Origin: Felis catus
Taxonomy: Eukaryota
Direction: 5' to 3'
NCBI RefSeq assembly: GCF_018350175.1
Contig: NC_058368.1
Coordinates: 32,614,001 to 32,678,000 of the forward strand
DNA: 64,000 bases
Under the pieces are notes generated by a model. The model searched no databases. It saw only the letters and a list, made by a program, of their open reading frames with translations, and had not been told where the DNA came from. Below, piece after piece: positions 25,244 to 39,159 of the stretch (position 1 is the stretch's first letter; every line of letters begins with the position of its first letter). The translations under genes and the position numbers were made by a program.

Positions 25244-26660
25244 AAAAAGGAAAGATGGAAGGAAAATACGTGACCTATATTTGTGGGAAAAAATAAACAA
25301 TGAGGTGCCATAAAGAAATGTTGCAGTAAACATATATTATAGTAAAATATACAAATTTGTTTGCATAATATATGGGAAGTTGGAATTTTGAAAAAAGATT
25401 AATTTATCTGCAATTCTAGACTCTATATTGTTGCCTTTTATATTTCATAGACATGTAGTCATCTGAAATCAGAAACAGAAACCTATTCAAACCAGACTAA
25501 CATTGGTTGAATAGTGGACAAATTTCTGTTAGAAAGACACAGATGTTTCATATGAACCGAAACCAATGGCAGAAAGAACAATGCTGAAACGGAGAACTGG
25601 AAAGTCAAAAACCAAGAAAGTAAAAGAATATTTGCAGAAAATAATACAATTGCTTTGTTTTATATATTTATATAATATATATAACATATATATATTATAT
25701 ATATATATATATTTTTTTTCCTTACACAATTTGGAGTTTAGCTTGTTTCAACATAATTTGCTTTTGTAAGTATGGTTTCCATCTGTCAGGGGCAGTATCA
25801 CATAGGTTTATTTTCCTACTTCTCTCTGTGAACAAATTTGTTGTAACTCAACATGCGGATAGAATAAGATTGTCCCAGAGAGTGGCTCTGACTGATTTTG
25901 CCCTGGCTATAGTCATGCACAAGGTCACCTAGCAAGACAGGGCAGAGAATTATGAGGGGTTATGGGCAAAAGTTGTACTTCTTTGTTTTATTAAATTACA
26001 GTGAATTGTAAAGACTGGTTAATTACACTCTTCTCTATGTATAATAAATTCTTTGTCTAGGGGAAAACAGTCTCTCGAATATGATTACATTATTGTGTCT
26101 TATCTACCTACAAAAGATTTTCAAGTTTAATAATAATGATAAATATTAAATTAAAAATAATAATTAAAAACTATTATGTCCTCAAAAAATCTTCAAACAT
26201 CTATTTTCATTTATTGCCAGATTAAGGAAAGGGATTTTTACATATCGAATCCAATTCTCACACCAAAATAATAAAATCACTGTCTTACATTTTTTTTTCT
26301 CTTTGAAACAATCTTACCAGGCCTTTTTTTTTTTTTTTGGTGGCCAAAGCAGAAATAGAGGATATAAAACCATTAACAATATGCAAATAAAAAAATGTCT
26401 TGAATTTAATTGTCTATGCTATTTGTTATGTTTTCTTAAAAATGTGAATAAAACTCTTTTAAGACTTTCCATCTTTGTATATGTAAAATGAAGATAAAAA
26501 CATTAATTCTGACTACCTGAAGTTGGGAAACCCTGATGTGTCAAATGTAATGTCCGGTTACTACTATTCACCTTGGTAATAATCAAATATAACTGCTATG
26601 TCATTTTTGTCTTTTTATTTTCATAAATAAATATAGGAGGGTTAAAGCTTTATAACATTT

Positions 26661-26841
26661 AAAATTTTTTTTTTTAATTTTTAAAAATTTACATCCAAAT
26701 TAGTTAGCATATAGTGCAACAAAGATTTCAGGAGTAGATTCCCTTACTCACTTAGCCCATTCCCCCTCCCACAGTCCCTCCCGTAACCCTCAGTTTGTTC
26801 TCCATATTTATGAGTCTCTTCTGTTTTGTCCCCCTCCCTGT
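26661..26841 (-). mobile_element. 5'-truncated carnivore L1 3' end
   Basis: Poly-T, ttcaggagtagatt...ccctcagtttgttctc; TSD tttataacattt on both sides. Confidence 0.9.
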
Positions 26842-27462
26842 TTTATAACATTTTTTTGAGGAAAATGACAGCACATCAAAACTATTGTAGTTTCACCTCA
26901 CTGCATCTACCAGTAAGCATATGTTCAATAGCACATTATCTTTGATATGGTTTAGTTACAAAAGCCATTTCTTTCATGAGTAAAAATGTGACAAGAACAA
27001 TCAGATTAATTTGGTGACTTTTAAGCACTAACTATGAGCTAGCTTTCTTGTTCTTTAACATGTTCAAGGTACCTATTTGCTTTTAATTATTGGAAGCATC
27101 CAAGTAACTATTAAAGCCTTCATACCAGTCTCCTTCCACATGGATAGTTCTAGTGATATTATTGCCAAGAAGGGGAATTCAAATTCCATTATCTCCCATT
27201 ATCTTACTAGGCATTTTACTTCTGCTAGCTTTAATTAAGTTAAAATCTGTTTCACTTGCATTACTGATTAAAACTAATTGAGTTTGTTGTTTAATCCTAT
27301 CTAGAAAGTCTTCTATTGCTTAAACAGGTTTACTTCCAAATAGAATTGTTTTGGAAGGGAAGTCTACAATTCCAGGACTAGATTTTATTTCATCAACTTT
27401 ATTAATATATTCTCTGCATGTCTCTCATTTGGGAAAACTTCTCACATTCAATTCTTAGAATG

Positions 27463-27524
27463 AATATATATATAAATATAAATATATAAATATATATAAA
27501 TATATATATTTATATTTAAATATT

Positions 27525-27575
<51 letters not shown>
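27463..27575. repeat. (TA)n microsatellite
   Basis: Read directly. Confidence 0.95.
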
Positions 27576-27578
<3 letters not shown>

Positions 27579-28989
27579 GGCAGTAAGGATTGTTTGACCA
27601 CTGTCAATCTTTGTGGTTGGATGAAAAAATTGACAACGTGAAAAAGCATGTATTTGATTATTTCAATTCAGAGAATGAAGATTGATCTGATTTATAGTTA
27701 ACTTATTATTTAAAAATGTAATGTTGTGACTTAAAACCAGTTATTAACAAATGTTTGAGAATCTTGAATTGTAAACTATTACTGATATTAAATATTCTAT
27801 TAAATGTTCTATTATTATTCTAATAATTTCCATTACTATTTGTCATAACTACACTTTGTATGAGCCAAGAAAGAAATCAAATATTCTTTTCCTTATTCTG
27901 AATTATAAAAAATAAGACCTCAAATCAACAAATGCTGTTCCAAATTTATGATTGATGCTGTTCTACAAATTTTACAGCTCATGTAGCACAACCATTGTAC
28001 TGTAGCCAAATCTCACAGGAGCTCTTTTAATCTTCTGCATCCACTGAGAAGATGGCAAGAATATAATCCTCAAAGCAGAGTAGAGCTAGGATAAAACACA
28101 AGTCCCAAACCCACTGGTCCACAGTTCACAGTAGGCTGAAATCAACAGTCACTCTTGGCCTTCTTTTTCTTTCAGCTCTGTCCAAGGGCCATTATACTGT
28201 GGCAGAAATATAACTTGAAGATAGTCAAAGGGGAATAAGAAGATCTAATTCAGATCTTTGCAAGCTAACACTGATTTAATTTTCCTTTCACAGCTGTGGT
28301 GGTATGAATTTTTTTGTTTGAGCTATTTTAGCAGTTTGACATTGAATACTCAAGTTTTCACACTCAACTTTCATACCCCAAAATGATCATGGCTTATTGT
28401 CATTTGAGATATTACTCAGAGATGAGTGTGACTCTTGTGCAAGCTTACTAATTAAGTATATGTATCTAATTATAAAGTTTATATAATTCAGTGCATTTAG
28501 TGAATTGTATCTATTTCTGCATTCATTTTGATCTTTTCAATGTGAACAAAACTGAGTTTCTTTGGTTTAAATATATTCTCCCAAAGAAAGTTCGTTAATA
28601 ATATTGGTCATAAAGATGAAGAATATGTGATAGAGTAAGTAAATAATAGCACCTCAATTTTTTACAAGTGTGGCATGGTTTGATTATGCATACCCCAAGC
28701 TCTATATGAGAACAAGTAAACTGGCTCATAAAAATGTTTTAGACAGGTTGTATAGGAATATACTCAAGTGTGGGTGTTTGAAAAGGTATCATATATTACT
28801 TATCATTAAGATATTAATACTTAATATCATTTAATTACTAAGTTTATTGCAGACTTGATATCTCAAAATTAAACAGTCTAAATGCTAAATATTAGAAGAA
28901 TGGTTAAGTAAAATATATCATTAAAATAAAATACTATGTAGCCTTTAGAAGTAAGGTTTATGGAGATTATTACAACATATATTAGTTGA

Positions 28990-29310
28990 AATGATTTTAG
29001 TTGCAATTCCAAAAACCAGACTCAAATTGCCTTAAGCAATAATGAATTTATGGACCCATGAAATAGAAGAGTTTAGAACTAGTGCAGGACTTCAGGCATG
29101 GCTTGATCCAGAAGCCCATAATATCATCTGATCTTTGTCCACGTTACTCTGCATTTTTTTCAAGCTTATCTTTATGTGTGGCTAATTCCTTAGACTGGTA
29201 TCCATTATGATAGCCAAATAGCTTCAGGATTTCAAAGTTTCAAATAATTGAACTAACCCTTGGGCCAAGAGATGTAATGTGCTAATTGTTTTAGTCTAGG
29301 TGAGGTTGGC
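28990..29310 (-). mobile_element. MaLR MLT1-type LTR relic
   Basis: ttagttgcaa...aaaaccagactcaaattgccttaagcaa is the antisense MLT1K/L/N terminus. Confidence 0.55.
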
Positions 29311-29474
29311 AAATTTTTTTCTACTTCAGGCATTCTTCCAGGTACTGCCTCCACTCTCCTCCCAAAAAGTGACCTCTCTCCTTACTTCTAAAGCCATAGA
29401 TTAGTTTCAACTACTTTTGAATTTCTATAAAGAAGCATTCTTTGGTGTCTGGCTTATTTCACTCCAAATTATGT

Positions 29475-31006
29475 TGTTTTTGTTTGTTTATTTTTAATTT
29501 CAGTATAGTTAATGTACAGAGCTACATTAGTTTCAGGTATACAGTACAATAATTCAACAATTCTACACATTACTCATTGCTCATCACAGTAAGTATACTC
29601 TTAATCCACATCACCTATTTCACATATCCCTTCACTCACTTCCCCTCTGTTGACCATCTGTTTATTCTCTACAGTTAAGAATCTATTATTTGGTTTGTCT
29701 CTTTTTCCTTTGTTCATTTGTTTTATTTCTTTTTATTTTAAATTTTTTTTTAAGTTTATTTATTTTGAGAGAGAGAGGGATCACAAGGTGGAGAGGAACA
29801 GAGAGAGAGGGTGAGAGAGAGAATCCCAAGCAGGCTCTGCACTGTCAGCGCAGAGCCCAATGTGGGGCTCGAACTCATGAACTGTGAGATCATGACCTGA
29901 GCCGAAATCAAGCATCTCAACCAAATGAGCCATGCAGGTGCGCTCATTTGTTTTATTTCTTGTATTCCATGTATGAGTGAAGTCAAATTGTATTTGTCTT
30001 TATGTGACTGACTTATTTCACTTAGTATTATACTCTCTAGCTCCATCCAGGTTGTTAAAAAAGGCAAAATTTCACTCTTTTTATGGCTGAGTGATATTCC
30101 ATTGTATATGCATATGTTGTATGTCTAGGTCTATGTCTGTTTATCTACCTATCTTTCTCTCTATCTTCCTATCTATCTATGCCACTTATTTATCCATTTA
30201 CCTAATTGATGGAAACTTGGGTTGTATCTATAATTTAGCTATTGTAAATAATGCTGCAATAAACATAGGGGTACATATGTCTTTTTGAATTGTGTTTTTG
30301 TATTCTTTGGGTAAATACCCAGTAGTGGAATTCCTGGATTATAGGGTAATTCTATTTTAATTTAGTGAGAAACCTCCATACTTTTTTCCACAGTGGCTGC
30401 ACCACCACCAGTGCATAAGTGTTCCTTTTTCTCCACATCCTTGCCAATGGTTATTGTTTCTTGTGTTTTGGATTTTAGCCATTCTGACAGGTGTGAGGTG
30501 ATATCTCATTGTAGTTTTGTTTTACATTTCCCTGATGATGAGTGATGTTGACAGTCTTTCCATGTGTCTGTTGGCCATCTGTATGTCTTCTTCTTTGGAG
30601 AAATGTCTGTTCATGTCTTCTGCCCAGTATTAATTGGAATATTTGCTTTTTTTGGTGTTGAGTTGTGAAAGTTCTTTATATACTTCGGATACTAACCCTT
30701 TATTGGACATGTCATTTGCAAATATTTTCTCCCATTCAGGAGGCTGTCTTTTAGTTTTGTTGATTGTTTCCTTCACTGGGCAGGAGGTTTTTATTTTGAT
30801 GCAGTCCCAATAGTTTATTTTTACTTTTGTTTCCCTTGCCTCAGGAGACGTATTTAGAAAAATGTTGCTATGGCCCATGTCAAAGAAATTACTGGCTGTG
30901 CTCTCTTCTAGGATTCTTATGGTTTCAGGTCTCACATTTAGGTCCTTAATCCATTTTGAGTTTATTTTTGTGTATGGTGTGAGAGTGTGGTCCAGTTTCA
31001 TTCTTT
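29475..31006 (-). mobile_element. 5'-truncated carnivore L1 (ORF2 3' end and 3' UTR)
   Basis: ORF 30630-31001 [28 protein letters not shown] is L1 ORF2; 3' UTR follows. Confidence 0.95.
29731..29943 (-). mobile_element. CanSINE inside the L1 3' UTR
   Basis: TSD tcatttgttttatttctt on both sides. Confidence 0.96.
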
Positions 31007-33904
31007 CATTCTAAATGTATCATATTTTTATCTCTTCAGAATGTAAATTCTTCAAAACTTGGACAATGAAAAGCAGTAGACTAAATGTGTGGGTGAGTTG
31101 GTGCATTGCTGTCACTGCTCATGTTCAGTGATGTTTGATATAAGTGGAATATTTTTAGTATACATTACCATCAATTATGGGAAATAACCATGCTATTTCA
31201 AAACTGATAATAGTGATATTTAAGGGAAAATGTAATGTTAAAATTTTGAAATGTCATCTAAGGAGAAATGAAATAGTAACAGTAACTTCCTAGTTATTAT
31301 TATTATTTTTTTAAATGAGAGAAATTCAGTGCACGGAAAGGAGAAAATAATTTTGGTGGGAAGTATTATTTGCAATTCCATGATGTTAAGAAAAGTAATG
31401 ATAGAGGAGGTGAAGAATATGTCTATGTAGATAGAGCGTTTTCATTAAGTGGCAAAAGCTTGAACTTGAAAGCTGTCAATGAATAAGGATTTTTTTCAGA
31501 GTTTAATTTTTTTGAAAAGGTGACTTTTTTCATATAATTATTTAAAGGGTACATTTATGTGCGATGATTGATAATAATAAAAATTAAAAGATCAAATATG
31601 TAATATGTCATTTATACACATGCAATTATATGATCCACTATGACCATTTTAAATGTTTTTTGCTCACCTTTCTGAATATTTTAAAATATATACTTATAGA
31701 CTTTGAAGAACATATTAAACTATAGAAAGTTAAAATTGGAGTATTAAAAGATAATTTTTGGCAAGTAAACAATATAAATAAATCTCTGCAAACAGTTGTT
31801 CCGGTGTTACTTCCTGTGTTAGACCTATGTTCTATGATTTGCCATTTTGCATTCCAAACCGTAGTCTGATTTGAAATGTTTAATTTATTCTTAAGTAATT
31901 ATAAGCATTGTAGATATAAGTACATCTCTAAAATCAGTTTAAGAAATAGCATTAAGAAGTACATATTGCAAAATATAGTCTCTGTCTGTGGAACCTTATT
32001 TTTTGCATTTCTCATGGAACTCTTTCTCAGCATAGATAGTGCTGTAGTGTTCACATTACATTTCTCAGAGCCATCACAGCTAGATAATTCCCTATGTATC
32101 AGTGAATGACGATAATCCTGTGTTGAATTTCAATATCTCCAGTTCTAAGTAATTCAGTGGAGAGTAAAGATCTATTCTAGATGTACTTTCCTTCAAGCAA
32201 TGCCACACACTACAGTCATTCAAAAACCTCAGAGACCAATGGCTCAGCAGTACACAGCTCAAACTGGCAATATGCCTGTAGCAGCATTAACTTTTGATTT
32301 TTTCTGGTGCTTGTTTTCTATTTTTAATAGTGCACACAAGTGTCAGAATTCTGGCTGTCATATAACGGTAATACTCAAATGCAGTGAGATCCATGACTTA
32401 CTGCAACCTGTCTCCTTTTCCCCAGCCCTTTCTTAAACACATAACTTATCTGTAACAATTATGATTGACAGATCGTCCCTTAATAATTTTTATACATTTT
32501 GAAGGGATGGTGGAACTAAAAAAGGAAAAACACCTTTCAGAGAATGTGCAGTGGATAAGGTGCTACGTGGCTTTCAGCCTGTGGATTTTGTCTAGTTGTG
32601 CTTGCTGACCAAAGTCCGGTTCAAATACTCTGGAAGAGTTTTCTGTGTATCCAGAAGCAAATAAAAATACTGAGAGCCCTGATAACAGATGCTTGATAAT
32701 CTCAGTAATGAAAGGACGAGGAGATATAAAAATCCCTGAAAAAACTATTTACTTTTTTGAAAGCATATGAAACTAGAGATCAGCCAATAATTCATGCTAA
32801 CATTGAGAGAAATAGTTCAGGGAATGGTAAGCAGAGAGTTTTATCTGTAGATATATTTGAATGTACATAGTTACATGAGAAATGGAATATAGCTACACAT
32901 CACCCACATGAACTCAGCTTTAAAAAGAAGTTGAGCAATCTAAATAATTTTCTGAATACCCATTTACTCAAACATAAACAATTGTATCATACTATTATCC
33001 CTCGATCTTTTTCTTGAAGGTTATTTACTTTTAATTTAAAGATAATTCTAATTAGTTTAGTAATTTGGTTTCCAGTCACATAAACATGACACTCAGGGAA
33101 AACAGCAAGAGAAAGGAAGAAATTCTGGGAAAAATAGCCTGTATAATGAGGAAGTGAGTGATCACTGACAACAAAAGGAGGCGAACACAAAAACACAAAA
33201 AGCAACATTGTAAGATAATTTTGCACCAAGCTAAATGGCCCTGTATCTTACAGAAGACCCCAAGGCTATAACTGTAGGAATTTCAGCATAGTTACATAAT
33301 TGCTTCTCAGAGTAACAACCTTGAATATTCAAAAAATATTTCAATACTTTTCCTGAGAAATTTAGAAGAATATACAGCTCTCTCTATATATGCATATATG
33401 TGTAAAATTTATAAAATGGAAATAGGTTTTTGTTCATATCTTCTAAATTTAAACTCAAGTATTGAACTGCATAGCTGGATAATGAATATTAAATAGAAAA
33501 TTATCCAAAGGAAAGGGAGAGGGGGGTTATCAGTCCAAAATTTTCTTATAATTCATTTACAAAAAATGACAAAGTTGGGAAAATATTTTTATTTAATAAT
33601 CTATAAATAACTCCCACATTTTTGTAATTAGAATATTGGAATGATTCATAAAAGGGTGTTTGTAAGTGCCTCAGTGATTGAAGCAAACATATACTAAATT
33701 TATGCAACACCTACGCCTTGCCCATTTGAGCATCAGGAGATTGCTGAGTGGATGTTTTGGTAATGTAAGCCTCTGAGGAGAAAACATCCCGACCTGAGGG
33801 TATTTTCAGTGAATCTGTGTTCTGTTTTGATATTGAAGCAGAAGAGAGGTAGAATGGACACTGATAGAGTTATCAACTGTAAAGCAAGACCCTGGAAATA
33901 GGTG

Positions 33905-34430
33905 ATTGCTTGGGAAATTTCAGTGTTGTCATAGAAATCTCTGTAGCAGAAATATACCTCAAGATTGCCTCATACAACTAGGATGCCTAAGGATGGCTTC
34001 AGGCATTGTTCAACTAAAGGGAACAAACAATATGATCAGGACTTTCTTGCCATCTCTTGGTCCTGCTCTTCTCTACACACTGATTTCATGCTTTTATGCT
34101 GTAAATGTCTCCTTGTGGTTATGTAAGATAGTCACTAGAAGTAGCTTCAAGTAAAGTCACTTTACATTTCTAATAATGGGTCCTCAAAGGCAATAGATAA
34201 GTTTTCTTAACTGGTTCTTGCAGAGAAGGCTTGGAAAGGATTTTGATTAGTCTGGCTCAGCTTATCTGTCTCTTTTTGAACAAATCTCTGTGATCTGAGG
34301 AATATGAAACCAACAGACAGTCTGAGTTCAATGCTCACTCCTTGAATGTGTTTGGGAACAGAGCACCATGACTGAAAGCTCCACCAGGTCCACAACTGGG
34401 AGAAGAGCAATTTTCCTAAAGAAGAAATGC
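33905..34430 (-). mobile_element. MaLR MLT1-type LTR relic
   Basis: ggcttcaggcat, ctgctcttctct and tgattagtctggctcag motifs shared with the 29.0 kb copy. Confidence 0.45.
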
Positions 34431-34694
34431 AAGAAGATATGAGCTTTGTATAGTTCATGGCCTCTTGGAACATTGGTCCTCAAAGGAACAATAAATAAGT
34501 GCTTTAAATAGAAGGGAGGATATTTGGCACTTTATAGAAGAAAGCAAACCCATATCCTATGAAAGATACTGAGAGATGGGCTGTTCAAGTCTGAAATGTA
34601 CAAGACAAAATTAAAAAGAAATAACAGTGATTTTGTGTAGCCTTTGAAGCTCTACTAAACAAATTCTACTAGAGTGACGGATACCATTACTACT

Positions 34695-34915
34695 AACTAA
34701 TATTTATTAAACAGCTATGTTATTCCCAGCATATTATACAGCTTATCTCATTCAACATTAGGCAGAAACTCAATGATATATATTTTATTATTACCCCATA
34801 TAACAAACGGGCAGACTAAAGCTAGTTATATTAGCTTGCTAGTTATATTAACTTATAACTAGTGAGAGTCCAGATTCACAGTCAGATTTTATTCCAGACA
34901 TTATGTTTTTAAGTA
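34695..34915 (-). mobile_element. MIR relic
   Basis: ttattattaccccatataacaaacgggcagactaaagct core-like sequence. Confidence 0.5.
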
Positions 34916-35194
34916 AATAGCCCATTCCATTTTTAGTTCCTCAAAGCAGGAATTGTGCTTTTTAAGATCTGTGTGTTCCGTGCCTATGATTTCATCTGGC
35001 ACACTGTATGTGAATATGTGCTTGTCTAATAACTACAGAAAGGTTGATGTAGCTCCCAACTTGGAAGCCTCAAACTTTCCCTCTTGAACTATTCCCAGCA
35101 TGAAGCTTCCCAAGAAGTAAAGCAGTATTCCCATCTTACTTATTAACGGAGAAATAAAGCAGAGGAGGTATTTTTCCTTAAAATAATACTAGAT

Positions 35195-35465
35195 TTATTT
35201 GTCCCTTCATTCAAAACTATGACCTGAGGGCCTTCTAAGTGAGGGATATTGCCTTGGCCATAAGGGTGAAAGAAAGATCTCTGAGGAGTTTATTCTGGCA
35301 GTTAAGGAGGAGATAGATAATAAACAATGAACCTAGATAGAAATAAATTACTTATAATATTAAGAAAGTGAGTGCTATGGGAAAAAATAGACAAGGTGAG
35401 GGGGATCAGGCATGCAGGGGGTTATAGTAGGGCAAGAAGGTAGTGATGTTAAATAGGATGTACCA
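35195..35465 (-). mobile_element. L2 relic
   Basis: cttcattcaaaa tail; ggagtttattctggc...gataagaaagtgagtgctatgggaaaaa motifs. Confidence 0.5.
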
Positions 35466-35565
35466 CATCCTATTGCCATGAAGGGGTCAGTAATTGCCAT
35501 GAAGGGGTCAATTCTTATAAAAATAAGTGTATTTTCTTAACTTTGCTTTTAAAAGTTCCTTTCAA

Positions 35566-35730
35566 GGGGCGCCTGGGTGGTTCATTCGGTTAAGCATCCG
35601 ACTTTGGCTCAGATCATGATCTCGCAGTTGGTGGGTTTGAACCCCGCTTCAGGCTCTGTGCTGACAGCTCAGAGCCTGGACCCTGCTTCGGATTCTGTGC
35701 CTCCCTCTCTCTGCCCCTCCCCTGCTCATG

Positions 35731-35774
<44 letters not shown>

Positions 35775-35810
35775 CTCTCTGAAAAATAAGTAAACATTAA
35801 AAAAAAAAAA
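35566..35810 (+). mobile_element. CanSINE with long (CT)n
   Basis: ggggcgcctgggtgg head, (CT) run of about 18 units, A tail. Confidence 0.97.
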
Positions 35811-36866
35811 TTAAGTCCTTGCAATAGTCTCATTTGACTTTACATTTGGATTTTTAACTCATTATTTCAATGCAAGTATAATCATGTCTTTTGAAAATCT
35901 GAATTGGAAAATAATTATTATGAATTTAGATAGTAGTACATTTATAAAAATAAGTGTCCCACCTAACATTTACATCATAGTGACTGAGACTGGAACTGTT
36001 TAAATAAACTCATGTAAATGTTAGCACATTGGATAGAAAGAAGGAAAATGTGAGTTCTACTCCTGTTTTTATTGCTCGGTTTCTACTGACATAATAGAAA
36101 AAGCATTAAATTTGTCTTCATCCATTAAAAAAATATATATTTTTTCTTCATCCTACAGGACTATATGATGAATTCAGTAAGGTATTAATATTTTTTTTCT
36201 TGGGGAAATATAAAAATATCACATCATTTATTTATTAAAGAAAACATATTTGGTTTAGGAAAGCACTAGAAGATTTAAAGAAAAAGTCTATATTAGAGGA
36301 CTGTTGGGTTACTTTCTCAAAGGATGATAACTGTGAAAACTCCTTAGTGGTTTACAGTTTGGAAGCTATTAAAAACAAATTTGTAATGAATACATTATGA
36401 TTTTATCAATACAGATACAATAAAAATGTTTGTGGTGCTTGAAAATGTAGCCCTTTTAAATATGTAAAATTTATCTGGCAAACTTACTTACCTTATTTAG
36501 TTAAACCATGAGAAACCTGTTTAACGAAAGATACTTCAGCCAGATGCTCTACATTTCTGAATTAGTGAAATCAAAATGAATACTTTTTGGTGATTTATTA
36601 TCATGGTCACCATTTTAAATTTACCTTTTTTTGTTTTGTTTTTTGGTTTTTGGGTTTTTTTTTTTTCAGTTAAGAATTGACTTCATAGTTGGATGTGTGC
36701 TCATTTGTAGACTATTACCATGTAAGAAAACCCATTGGATTATAGTGCATGTAATTCAGTGTCCCTACACAGTCCAACAATGCTTTCATTATTATGAGCT
36801 CCTGATAGCATATGTAATGAATATGTGCATGAATAAATTTTATATGTTATAGTCCCTATATTTCTT

Positions 36867-37229
36867 GGGGCGCCTGGGTGGCTCAGTTGGTTAAGCATCC
36901 TACTTCTTGGGCACCTGGGTAGTTCAGTCAGTTAAGCGTCTTGATTTTGGCTCAGGTCATGATCTCAGAGTTCTATGCTGACAGCATGCAGCCTGCTCCA
37001 GACAGACTCTCTCTCTCCGCCTCTCCCCTGCTCTCCTCTCTCTCTCAAAATAAGTAAACATTAAAAAAAAAAAGCATCAAACTTCTGCTCAGGTCATAAT
37101 ATTATGGGAGTTCAAGACCCACTTAGGGCTCTCTGCTGTCAGCCCAGATCCTGCATCTGATCCTCTGTCCCCATTTCTGTCCCTCCCCGCTTTCTCTGTC
37201 TCTCCCACCCTCAACCCCCTCTCTCTCAT
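36867..37229 (+). mobile_element. CanSINE with a second CanSINE (36908-37071) nested inside
   Basis: Inner TSD aagcatc(ct/aa)acttct at 36893-36907 and 37072-37086; the outer element resumes gctcaggtcat. Confidence 0.93.
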
Positions 37230-38467
37230 AAGGGTGTCCTGAAAATTAAGTGGACAATGTAGCTAAAAATCTTTGTAAATTTCAAAGTATATTATGACTG
37301 CATGAAACTATTATTTTCCCAACCAGGAAGCAGAAGTTTTTGTTAGTTTGTTTCTTCCAAACCTAGTTCCTGGCATCTAGGTGGGATTGAGTAAAATTTT
37401 GTTGAATGTTGAATAAAAGTCTTCTTAATGGAAAAAATTCTAAATGAACCTCTCCCGTAAATGTTTAACACACATACACTCACACAGTTTTTAACATTTC
37501 TTGTATGACAGTTTGCTAAATATAGAATCGATACGGCAAACCAGCAGTTAACCTTAAAGATTAAAGGGAAAAAAAAATGAAAAAAAAATAAAAGGTTACT
37601 GCAGAGCACTTGATCCATTCTGTCAAAATGCCAGATGTCTCTTACTCTTTGCTCCTGGATATTATTAAAGCTGGCTTCAAGGCTTCTCGGTCTATCTTTC
37701 CCTCATTTTCTTTCTTTCTCCTTGTCCCACTCAAAATGCTGGCCGCATTGCTCAATTACTGAACAAATGTAACTTCCTGTCCTCCTCTGCTCAGCCACTT
37801 TTATAGCAGCACTAACAGATGCTATCATTAAGACCCTCGACGGGAAATCATCGACTAAGTATATTCTTTGCCCTTCTCGCTTTTTAATTTTCTTTAAAAA
37901 GCTAAGCCATCTGCTTTAACCCTCTTAAAATTATAAGTTTCTTTATAACATCAGTCTTGCATTTATCTTAATAATAAATAGATAATTTAAGCCCTAAGTT
38001 CAGAAGTTTAATTTGTATAGAGCTATGTGTTGGTACTGGTATAAATGAAATTTGAGCATCATAGGTTGGATCTCATTTTCTGGTAATAATTTCATATTTT
38101 AATAGTATACATGTAAACATAAGCATCGTGCTTACCAGAGTTTACCTTATGTAATTTTAGTAAAAATATCCTTTTATGAAAACATATTGCAGAAGTGTTG
38201 TGAGAGGACTAAATAAATATTGTATTTATGAAAGCTTCAGGGTTTATAACATTACATGGGCAATTGGAAATACTGGTGATTTTTATATTTACATATAAAT
38301 ACTATCAGTGCTAGTCTATTAAAACTAAAATTCCAAGGTGAACTAATATATACAAACTTGGAGCTTAAATCTATATAGAAGATTACTAAAATAAAAGAAT
38401 GGGAATGAGAATGATTAAGAATGCTGATGAGGCTTTAATAACACAGAAGTCAATAAAATACAATGCT

Positions 38468-38965
38468 CTATCAGTTTGCTATGCTGCTCTAATTACCACA
38501 AATGTAGAGCTTGAAGACCAGATTTTCTTTTTAATTTTGTAGTTCTATAAGATAGAAGTCTGACACAGGTCATACTTGGGCTAAAACCAAGTGTTGGCCA
38601 GGCAGCATTTTTTTCGGGAGGCTTTAGGGAAAATCTTTTACCTTGCTTTTTCTAGTTTCTGTAGAATACTAACCCTTCTCAGCTGGTGGCCCTCTTTCTC
38701 CATCTTCAAATCTAGCAACACTGCATTTCCTTTACCCTATCTAGTCATATTTCCCTCTGATGCTCTCTTTCCACCCTTCATTCCACTTCTAAGACCCCTT
38801 GTGATTATGTTGGGTGTACCTGGTTAAAAAGGATTAATTATCCTATTTGCAAACTTTATTCCATCTACAACCTTAATTCTCCTTTACTTCAAAACCTAGC
38901 ATATTCGTATGTTTTGAGGGTTAGAATGTGGGCATGTTTCAGAGATGTATTTTTGCTTACTGTAA
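38468..38965 (-). mobile_element. MaLR MLT1B/C-like LTR
   Basis: tatcagtttgctatgctgct..taattaccacaaat start; gggctaaaaccaagtgttggc; gggttagaatgtgggcat end. Confidence 0.75.
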
Positions 38966-39159
38966 ATACACAAAAACCCTATCACAGTATGGTATATACA
39001 ATGTAGTGTATAAGAGAGTTGGGTTTTAAATGCATATGATAGAAATTTAGGCAACCACGTGTATATACTTGATTAAAAGACACAAGCGCAAATGGAATTT
39101 ATAGCTTTAGACAAGATGTTGAAATATTTAATTTATAAAGAATTCTTAAGTCTATGAAG

